Below are positions 17,205 through 24,573 of a stretch of DNA of 32,000 bases, piece after piece. The notes under the pieces are model-generated. The model was not told where the DNA came from. It worked only from the letters and a program-made list of their open reading frames with translations, and searched no databases. Every line of letters starts with the position of its first letter. The first letter of the stretch is position 1. The stretch is from positions 199,532 through 231,531 of the forward strand of contig CAZYLT010000004.1 of NCBI GenBank assembly GCA_964648855.1. Direction: 5' to 3'. The position numbers and the translations under genes were made by a program. The DNA is from an uncultured archaeon (GTDB lineage Archaea > Asgardarchaeota > Thorarchaeia > Thorarchaeales > Thorarchaeaceae).

Positions 17205-17465
17205 GTGATTTCCATGCGACGGTTAGGAAAAGTTCTACATATTAGCAAGCGCGGATCGATCATCGTTCGAACGAACCAAACACCTCCTATGAAAGCGAAC
17301 GTTGTGAATAAGAAGTCAGAGAATGTTGGCATTGTCAAAGACGTCTTTGGGCCCGTCAACGAACCATATGTTACGGTGCAGCCGAGAAAAAACATACAAA
17401 ATCCAGAGGGGCTCATTGGTCAGATGCTCTATCTCTATACAAAGAAACGTTATCGCAGAAATTAG
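17205..17465 (+). CDS. gar1: H/ACA RNP protein Gar1/Naf1 family
   Basis: LGKVLHIS..G.IIVR and VGIVKDVFGPVNEPYVTV motifs; follows srp19. Confidence 0.88.
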   Translation: MISMRRLGKVLHISKRGSIIVRTNQTPPMKANVVNKKSENVGIVKDVFGPVNEPYVTVQPRKNIQNPEGLIGQMLYLYTKKRYRRN

Positions 17466-17582
17466 CTGTTTTCACGGGTTTAATGTTCATTTATGTACAT
17501 CCTTGTTACCTCTTTAACATAATTTAAACAGCACCTTCCGTAAGTATTAATTTGGTCCATGTCATTCTGTAGCTGTTGACAT

Positions 17583-17957
17583 GTGTCTATTTCAAAGGTC
17601 ATGAAAATGGAAGACATAGTCGACGAAATGATTCACGCTTTCCGTGTTGTAGGTCGTCGAGGTCTTACCGTCGAACAATTGACCAAACAATTGGATTCCG
17701 ACACAAACGAAATCGCATCAACAATCAAACAATTGATAACGGAGAAACGTATTATGGAAAAAGCTGAATCGAAGGAGGCTCGATACTTCCTGAGAACACT
17801 CATGGATAACGAACAAGGCCAGACCGGCATTGGCGACCTCGATGGATGTCCGTGCTTCCACTGCCTTAAGATTGGCAAATGTGGAATACGACAACCAGAC
17901 TCACCAGTAGCCTGTCGCGAATTAGATCAGTGGATGGAGAGCTCTGACTCTAATTAG
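17583..17957 (+). CDS. Transcription factor E beta subunit / RPC34(C39)-like protein
   Basis: Winged-helix-like N-terminus plus C-terminal PCFHC-x5-C-x10-C-x-x-LDQWM, a 4Fe-4S-type motif with the SPxxC signature; 124 aa. Confidence 0.8.
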   Translation: MSISKVMKMEDIVDEMIHAFRVVGRRGLTVEQLTKQLDSDTNEIASTIKQLITEKRIMEKAESKEARYFLRTLMDNEQGQTGIGDLDGCPCFHCLKIGKCGIRQPDSPVACRELDQWMESSDSN

Positions 17958-17977
17958 TAAGTAGTCTATATGATGGT

Positions 17978-18565
17978 CTAAGCTGTTTTTGGACCAACAG
18001 CGAGAAGATAAATCTCGGCACTTGTTTTCCTAGAGGCATCGGGTTTGACAAGCTTAACTGAATTATATGATTTCTTAGTTGCTGTCATAAATTCCCTGAA
18101 ACCACGTCCCTGAAAGACCTTGGTTAAGACCTTTCCATTCTTTCCTAAGAGCCTATGTCCTATTTCGAGAGTAATTCCAGCCAAGTCAAGTTGCCTTGCC
18201 ACATCAATATCCCAGTGACCGGAAACGTTTGGAGAACAATCTGACAAGATGAGGTCTGCCGACCCTCTAGTGAGTTGTTCAATCTTCTCAAGTGTTTCTT
18301 CCTCAGTTATGTTTCCTTTGACAAATCTTACACCTGGTAGGGGCCTCATTGGATTAATATCCACAGCTACTATCTCCAAAGAATGATTTTTTTCACGCAA
18401 AACCTGCGTCCACCCTCCTGGACTGCTGCAGAGTTCCACGACCACATTAACCCCCTCTAACAGCCTATACTTCTTAATTATCTGCTTGAGTTTAAATGCT
18501 GATCTTGCCCGGTATCCTTGCTTCTTAGCCTGTCTGTAGTAATGATCCTTTTTTGGCCTAGGCAT
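17978..18565 (-). CDS. rlmE: RlmE/FtsJ-family RNA 2'-O-methyltransferase
   Basis: DHYYRQAK..GYRARSAFKL, ELCSSPGGW, SD.SPN, KVFQG and KP.ASR..SAEIY; K-D-K-E tetrad present. Confidence 0.9.
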   Translation of the reverse strand: MPRPKKDHYYRQAKKQGYRARSAFKLKQIIKKYRLLEGVNVVVELCSSPGGWTQVLREKNHSLEIVAVDINPMRPLPGVRFVKGNITEEETLEKIEQLTRGSADLILSDCSPNVSGHWDIDVARQLDLAGITLEIGHRLLGKNGKVLTKVFQGRGFREFMTATKKSYNSVKLVKPDASRKTSAEIYLLAVGPKTA

Positions 18566-18569
18566 CTTC

Positions 18570-19772
18570 TCATCTCTCTTCTACAATGTTTTTTACAACG
18601 TTCACTGTTTCCTTCACTGTTGCATTGGTTCTAATAGCTGTGGGTTTGAAATGCGACCTGACACACTGGTACCCTTTGTCTTTAAGATTCATAATCACAT
18701 TTTCTTGCTTAGGTGGAGGCCATGAATAGATATCACACATTTGATGTATATCTAAATAGAATCCCTGTATCGGCGCTTCTTGTGCGATGAGATTCAGCAT
18801 CAATTTGGATTTTCTACTCATTGAATCCTCATGGTTCTCCAGTGTTTCTGTTGTTCGTGCGACAAAATCTGGGTTCTGGATTGGACCAATCCACATTGGC
18901 CCTGCGACGTCCACTTTCTCTGGACAACTGGCTCTAATATGCTGGAACTCTGAAGACTGCTTTAATGTCAAAACGGGTATTATGTCCCAGGCCATGCAGT
19001 GACTACAATACCTTACAAACCCGATTCTTTCTGCAGCCTGATTCCCCTTGCTTTTGCTAGCCTTTGTTTCTACCCATACTCGAATATAGTGGTCGGTACT
19101 GAGAGATAGTAACGGCGATATCGAGAAATCATTCATTCCCGCCACAGAAAACGTCCCACCAATTACTAGTCTAAGAGCCAATTCATGAACAAATGGTGAC
19201 CTAATAGACAGACCACCGTATTTCCTTAGCGCTACTTTGGGGTAAACTCCACAAAGCGCTGGCATATCGGTCGCAGTAACGCCAATGAGGCCTCTGCGGG
19301 GGTTAATCGCTTGAATGGCTGCATTGAGGAACGGATTGGGACTGCCAAAAGGGTCAATATCTACAAAATCGAAACGCTTGCCTCTGCTCTCCGTGAGAAG
19401 CAGAACTCGTGCATCCCCTAAAATCACTTGAGCCCTTTCATCAAATCCATTTGACTCTAGATTCTTTCGCGCAATCTCTACAGCCTCGGAACTCGTATCA
19501 AACATTACGGAGCGAAAGCCGCCCCTTATTTCGTTCAAATACCGGAGGCTCCTAACCCCTGATCCCGTGAGTGGCTCACAAATCAAATCCACCTGATGTG
19601 TTTTGCAGTATGTGTCAAGAACTAAGACCGATAAATCCCTATTAGTTCTCATTCGCGGATTGTAAAACACTGGCATATCTGAAGTGGGTTGCCCCTTCTT
19701 CGAACTGTAGTGCTCCACATCTGCACTCAGGAAAGTGGTCTTTCCTTCTTGATATTCCTTCAGGACCGTCAT
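18570..19772 (-). CDS. trm1: tRNA (guanine26-N2)-dimethyltransferase
   Basis: VFYNPRM..NRDLSV, GSGVRSLRY, DIDPFGSP, TATD...LCG, DHYIRV and GPMWIG motifs. Confidence 0.93.
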   Translation of the reverse strand: MTVLKEYQEGKTTFLSADVEHYSSKKGQPTSDMPVFYNPRMRTNRDLSVLVLDTYCKTHQVDLICEPLTGSGVRSLRYLNEIRGGFRSVMFDTSSEAVEIARKNLESNGFDERAQVILGDARVLLLTESRGKRFDFVDIDPFGSPNPFLNAAIQAINPRRGLIGVTATDMPALCGVYPKVALRKYGGLSIRSPFVHELALRLVIGGTFSVAGMNDFSISPLLSLSTDHYIRVWVETKASKSKGNQAAERIGFVRYCSHCMAWDIIPVLTLKQSSEFQHIRASCPEKVDVAGPMWIGPIQNPDFVARTTETLENHEDSMSRKSKLMLNLIAQEAPIQGFYLDIHQMCDIYSWPPPKQENVIMNLKDKGYQCVRSHFKPTAIRTNATVKETVNVVKNIVEER

Positions 19773-19862
19773 AAAACAAGATGAACTCAGTATTCACTCT
19801 AATAAGGCAATAGGCTCCGCTAAAACCAACGTAGCATAACCTCTAAGTGGAAATGACTCTAT

Positions 19863-20381
19863 GTGCTGGATATGGTCGGGAACTTTAGTTCCTGCTTGGT
19901 GATGATCATGACGAAAGTAAAAATCAGAACAAAACATGGCGATATAGTTGCAGAACTATGGGATGATGAATCTCTAAACACTGTGAAGAATTTTGTTTCT
20001 CTTGCAAAAAGTGGATACTATGATGGTCTCACTTTTCATCGTGTTGTTGACAACTTCGTTGTACAAGGTGGCGACCCGAAAGGAACAGGGACTGGTGGGC
20101 CTGGCTATAAAGTACCATGTGAAACAGAAGGAGAGAAGCAAGTCCATGTTGATGGAGCATTTTCTATGGCACATGCAGGCCGTGATACCGGTGGCAGTCA
20201 GTTCTTTATTGTTCTAAATTCAGACAATTGCAGCCATCTTGATGGCAGACACACTGTATTTGGCAAGACTATTGAAGGCATGGACGTAGTTAGGAAGATT
20301 AAACAGGGTGACAAGATGCTCGAAGTTGAGGTCTTGGAGGTCGGTCCCTCCATTGAAGAGCATAAACTGAAAAAATTATGA
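19863..20381 (+). CDS. Cyclophilin-type peptidyl-prolyl isomerase (likely ATG 19908)
   Basis: YYDGLTFHRVV..FVVQGGDP, SMAHAG.DTGGSQFFI and HLDGRHTVFG motifs. Confidence 0.95.
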   Translation: MLDMVGNFSSCLVMIMTKVKIRTKHGDIVAELWDDESLNTVKNFVSLAKSGYYDGLTFHRVVDNFVVQGGDPKGTGTGGPGYKVPCETEGEKQVHVDGAFSMAHAGRDTGGSQFFIVLNSDNCSHLDGRHTVFGKTIEGMDVVRKIKQGDKMLEVEVLEVGPSIEEHKLKKL

Positions 20382-20445
20382 TTTACCAAACACTCTTTGA
20401 GTAGATAATAATTCTGCGGCTGTGCACAATAGTCCGCAGATAAGA

Positions 20446-20594
20446 GTATCTAGGGGAGCTGTGTGAAAAGTCAATGAATTGTATCTGATTAGAAATATTG
20501 GTACTGTGTTATGTCCGAATCCTACACTCATTATTTCTTTTTGTGAGTGTACTAGTTCATAGTTACGGACTTTTCACACAGGGCTGTATCTAGG
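20446..20594. mobile_element. MITE-like element, 131 bp (20455-20585), flanked by 9-bp direct repeats
   Basis: GTATCTAGG at 20446-20454 and 20586-20594. Perfect 14-bp inverted repeats CTGTGTGAAAAGTC (20459-20472) and GACTTTTCACACAG (20568-20581), each exactly 4 nt inside a direct repeat. No ORF. Confidence 0.7.
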
Positions 20595-20610
20595 AAAAAC
20601 GATATATAGA
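20593..20610 (+). promoter_or_regulatory. Putative BRE-TATA for the pyrophosphatase gene
   Basis: Purine run GGAAAAAC followed by GATATATAGA, about 40 nt upstream of ATG 20646. Confidence 0.5.
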
Positions 20611-20645
20611 AGGCCATTCGGCATCGAGATAAAGAGGCCAAATAA

Positions 20646-22787
20646 ATGTCCGAAGTGATTTTCCTTTCAGTAAGTATAATTTCTGGTTTCCTTGCAATCT
20701 TCGTTTCTCTTTTCACTTTTCAAAAGGTGAAATCCTACGATGAGGGGGGCGAAAGAATGCAGGAGGTCAGTAGACTGATAGAGGAAGGTGCGTACTCCTT
20801 TATCAATATTCAATATAAGATTCTAGGAATCTTTACTGCATTTCTTGCTGTGGTATTAGCCTTTGTCTTTGGAAACCTTGGAATCCCGATTGCAATCTCA
20901 TATATTCTAGGCTCTATTGCAAGTATGGCTGCAGGATACGTAGGCATTGTCATTGCGACAATTGCAAATAGACGTACTGCAGCTGCAGCAGAACGTGGCG
21001 GGCTTAACCCCGCATTCAATGTGGCGTTCAAAGCAGGTTCTGTGATGGGGCTTATGATTGCTGGTATTGCACTTGCGGGTCTAGGGCTCCTTTACGTTCT
21101 TTGGGACATCATATTTCCTGCCCTTACAACCGTACGGCTTTGGGAGATTGTCACCGGTTTTTCATTTGGGGCTAGTACTGTTGCCCTCTTCGCAAAGGCA
21201 GGTGGCGGTATCTTCACCAAGACCGCAGACCTTGCAGCTGATATTGTTGGTAAGATAGAACACCATATTCCTGAAGACGATCCCCGAAATCCTGCTGCGG
21301 TTGCTGATGCAGTAGGTGACAATGTTGGTGACGTTGCAGGCACCGGCGCTGATATTTTCGATAGCAATGTCGCTGCTATTCTTGCAGCCGCGATTTTAGG
21401 TGCAGCTATTGATGCTGCGTTTGCTCCAGTTGCCCCATTTGGACTGCTTCCCTTGATGATAGCAGGTCTAGGTACACTTGCATCTGTTATCGGAGTGTTT
21501 CTTGTTCGGGTCGATGAAACCGCAGACAAAGATCCAGGCCCCATACTGAATCGTGGAACGTATATTACGACCATCTTGTTTGCCATTTTTACAGTTGCAG
21601 TAACATGGGCTATGGGTATTGACTTGCTCATTGCTGGTGCTGCGGTCTTGGGTCTGTTTACTGGCGTGATCATTGGATTCACATCAGATGTATTCACGAA
21701 TGATAGAGGACTCGGCCCATTCAAACCAGTACCCAATATGGTCAAATCTGCAGAGAAGAGTGCTGCAAATCTAATCCTGTCGGGATACTCATATGGTCTT
21801 CTTAGCGCCGTTCCTTCAGTCATAATGATTGCAGTTGCTTTGGTTGGAGCTTTCCTACTTGGTTCTAGCGCAACTACCATTGGGTTGGGAACAACAGAGG
21901 GTGGAATTTATGCTGTTTCAATTGCTGCTGTTGGGTTGCTATCTACAAATGGTATGATTATGAGCTCGGATGCCTATGGTCCTATTGTAGATAATGCACG
22001 AGGCGTGATTGAGCAATCCGATGCCGACGAACAAGCAATTGTTGATTGTGATAAACTAGATGCGAGTGGAAATACAGCAAAGGCAATCACAAAGGGTTTT
22101 GCTATTGGTGCATCAGCAATCTCAGTATTGGCCCTATTTTCGGCCTTTCTTGAGTCTGCAAAACCGATTATTGGTGCTACAGAAATACAAGTGAATCTGG
22201 CGAGCCCCTTCATTCTTGCTGGCGCTTTCATTGGCTCCCTAGTACCAGCGGTATTCTCAGCAATATTGATTCTCGGAGTTGGACGTAACTCAGAGCGCAT
22301 GATTGCAGAGATTCGCCGTCAATTCAAGAATGATCCCGGTATTCTAGAGGGAACCTCCAAACCAGACTATCAAAAATGCATTGAGATTGCGACTTCGGGC
22401 GCATTGCGCGAATTGCTGCCTGGCACTATTCTCGCCATTGTGATTACAATAATCACAGGGATATTCCTTGGTATATCAGCACTTGCGGGTTACCTTGGTG
22501 GTGCAGTTTTGGTGGGCCTGATAATGGCACTACTCATGTCAAACTCCGGAGGAGCATGGGACAATACCAAGAAGATTATCGAGTCCCCAGAATCACCAAT
22601 ATTACCCGACGACCCCAGATACAATGAGGTGCACGATAACTCAGTACTCGGTGACATGGTTGGAGACCCGTTCAAAGATACCGCAGGCCCCTCCATCAAT
22701 ACATTGCTGGTTGTCATTTCCTTGACATCCACCTTGTTTCTCCCAGTAATTGCAGCACTTCATATAGCTCTTACGGCTCTATTCTAG
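20646..22787 (+). CDS. hppA: Membrane-bound ion-translocating pyrophosphatase, K+-independent signature
   Basis: GGGIFTK.AD..ADIVGKIE..IPEDDPRNPA, D.VGDNVGD, DAYGPIVDNA, GNTAKAITKGF, GGAWDN.KK and GD.VGDPFKDTAGPS motifs. Confidence 0.96.
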   Translation: MSEVIFLSVSIISGFLAIFVSLFTFQKVKSYDEGGERMQEVSRLIEEGAYSFINIQYKILGIFTAFLAVVLAFVFGNLGIPIAISYILGSIASMAAGYVGIVIATIANRRTAAAAERGGLNPAFNVAFKAGSVMGLMIAGIALAGLGLLYVLWDIIFPALTTVRLWEIVTGFSFGASTVALFAKAGGGIFTKTADLAADIVGKIEHHIPEDDPRNPAAVADAVGDNVGDVAGTGADIFDSNVAAILAAAILGAAIDAAFAPVAPFGLLPLMIAGLGTLASVIGVFLVRVDETADKDPGPILNRGTYITTILFAIFTVAVTWAMGIDLLIAGAAVLGLFTGVIIGFTSDVFTNDRGLGPFKPVPNMVKSAEKSAANLILSGYSYGLLSAVPSVIMIAVALVGAFLLGSSATTIGLGTTEGGIYAVSIAAVGLLSTNGMIMSSDAYGPIVDNARGVIEQSDADEQAIVDCDKLDASGNTAKAITKGFAIGASAISVLALFSAFLESAKPIIGATEIQVNLASPFILAGAFIGSLVPAVFSAILILGVGRNSERMIAEIRRQFKNDPGILEGTSKPDYQKCIEIATSGALRELLPGTILAIVITIITGIFLGISALAGYLGGAVLVGLIMALLMSNSGGAWDNTKKIIESPESPILPDDPRYNEVHDNSVLGDMVGDPFKDTAGPSINTLLVVISLTSTLFLPVIAALHIALTALF

Positions 22788-22845
22788 TTGATTTTGGAGC
22801 AATGGACGATCCTCTCGGGGGTCGTCCTCTCTTGGAGGTTTGCAG

Positions 22846-23733
22846 ATGCGTTTTGGCGTAGTTCCTTTAGAATTTCGACCTGCAGTCGAAAAAATCGTCG
22901 TAGATGGTGTGCCCGATTTTTCTAGATTTGACATCGTCCAGATAGTAGAACAGGCTTTAGACATTGCTCATATAACTGTCATTGAAATAACTCTAGATAT
23001 TGCATATATTATTCCAAATTCGTTAGGGCCTCGGGAAATCGACCGTCTCGTGGAATTGAAAGATGAGTATAGGCATTCATACACGGCGCACCTTCCGCTT
23101 TGGTCGGTGGAACCCTCAACCTTTAACCACCGTATTCGACACGCCAGTGTGAATACAATCGTCGAATCAATAGAACTTGCTCGTCCACTAGAACCAGAAT
23201 TCTACGTGCTTCACTCCACTGGTTCATTGGCATCGGAGTTCTCACGTCTTGGTTTTCACGGTACAATGCAGAATGTCATCTCTGCTGCACTGGCAGGATT
23301 CTCTGCAAATAGCGTCGAGGAAATTATATCCCAATCCGAAATCGATCCACAAAAGATTGCAATAGAAAATGTCGAGTTCCCCTTTGAATTCACATTACAA
23401 ATTGCAGAGGAATATGGTACTACAATTTGTTTCGATACAGGACATCTCCTTGCAAGATTTTCAGGAGATGAAAACACACTCGATTTCTATAAGCAGCATA
23501 AAGATGTTATCTCTGAGATTCATCTCAATGATGGAATCTATCTTGAAAAACACGGAGTGAAGATTGTGGACGATCATTTGGCCCTTGGACAAGGGCAACT
23601 ACCAGTCAAGCCGTTTCTTACACAACTCACCAAGGACAACTTTAAGGGGCCTCTCATATTTGAGCTCACCACTGAAGAGGTGCTGGAATCTTTAAAGCTG
23701 ATACAGCATGAAGCTCCTGAAGCCTTGGTGTGA
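22846..23733 (+). CDS. AP-endonuclease-2/xylose-isomerase-like TIM-barrel metalloprotein (CbiR-like)
   Basis: Metal-ligand pattern AHLP, YVLH, IENV, CFDTGH, EIHLNDG, DHL.LG.G and IFEL; SD GGAGGT before ATG 22846. Confidence 0.75.
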   Translation: MRFGVVPLEFRPAVEKIVVDGVPDFSRFDIVQIVEQALDIAHITVIEITLDIAYIIPNSLGPREIDRLVELKDEYRHSYTAHLPLWSVEPSTFNHRIRHASVNTIVESIELARPLEPEFYVLHSTGSLASEFSRLGFHGTMQNVISAALAGFSANSVEEIISQSEIDPQKIAIENVEFPFEFTLQIAEEYGTTICFDTGHLLARFSGDENTLDFYKQHKDVISEIHLNDGIYLEKHGVKIVDDHLALGQGQLPVKPFLTQLTKDNFKGPLIFELTTEEVLESLKLIQHEAPEALV

Positions 23734-23826
23734 TTTATGTTTCCAAGCGTGGTGAAGCATAACCAAAGTGCAATGTCACAACGTTTTTATCAGCTATAGC
23801 CGTGCAAGAGTCCGTAACAAGTATCC

Positions 23827-23936
23827 GGGCCCGTGGCATAGACTGGTTATTGCACCGCTCTGATATGCGGGCGAGAGTCATAATCGCCCCCTCCGAGAGG
23901 CGGGGGCCGAGTGTTCAAATCACTCCGGGCCCACCA
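23827..23936 (+). tRNA. tRNA-Ile(GAT) with a 32-nt intron at position 37/38 (23866-23897)
   Basis: Acceptor GGGCCCG/CGGGCCC-ACCA, anticodon arm CCGCT-CT GAT A^A-GGCGG, T-arm GAGTG-TTCAAAT-CACTC; intron hairpin GGGCGA/TCGCCC. Confidence 0.88.
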
Positions 23937-24013
23937 CTTCTCCTCAATCATTTTCCCTATGGCTATAGCAATATTATTCAGATTGTGTATTGCTACAGTA
24001 GGAATAGGTCATC

Positions 24014-24478
24014 ATGAACCCAAATAGTAACAAAGATGTGGGATTTGAAGACATTGCGGGCAAGTTGGAGCAGAAGCTCTCTAGTGATGCATCGGATACT
24101 GTCGCCAATGGTCAGCTGAATGAAATTACAGGAAAAAAGGAGTTCTCGGTCATAAAGAAACCCAAGACAACCCTGCTTCTCATCTATCGGCCTCAGTGCC
24201 CACACTGCAAACAGCTTCTTCCAAAAATGAGAGAGCTTGCAGAAGCCTATGCCTCGAAGGTTTATTTCGCAAAGGTAAATGTGAATGAAATCCCAGAAGT
24301 TACAGAGAAATTTGCTGTCGTCGGCATTCCTCTAGTGATTGCTTTGAAGAAAGGCGTCCCAGTGGCACGTATTGAGGGTTTAAGAAATATTGACATCTAC
24401 GACGAGTGGATACAACGAATCCATAGAGGCATTATACCGATGGATATCGAATCTGGCCCAACAAGTGACATAGAGTAG
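24014..24478 (+). CDS. Thioredoxin-family protein
   Basis: CPHC active site, FAKVNV and cis-Pro loop VVGIP. Confidence 0.88.
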   Translation: MNPNSNKDVGFEDIAGKLEQKLSSDASDTVANGQLNEITGKKEFSVIKKPKTTLLLIYRPQCPHCKQLLPKMRELAEAYASKVYFAKVNVNEIPEVTEKFAVVGIPLVIALKKGVPVARIEGLRNIDIYDEWIQRIHRGIIPMDIESGPTSDIE

Positions 24479-24573
24479 TAAATATCCCAATTTCGAGCGC
24501 TATTCTAGGATACCAACATAACTCAGTGAATATTCCAACGGGCCCGCAAGTAGTCTGACTTCTGACATCATCC

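Noticed and set aside
21092-22732. Long antisense ORFs in hppA (and similar ones in the MFS genes, mch and ftsZ)
   Set aside because: These are shadow frames expected opposite hydrophobic or biased coding sequence, with no motifs or start signals.
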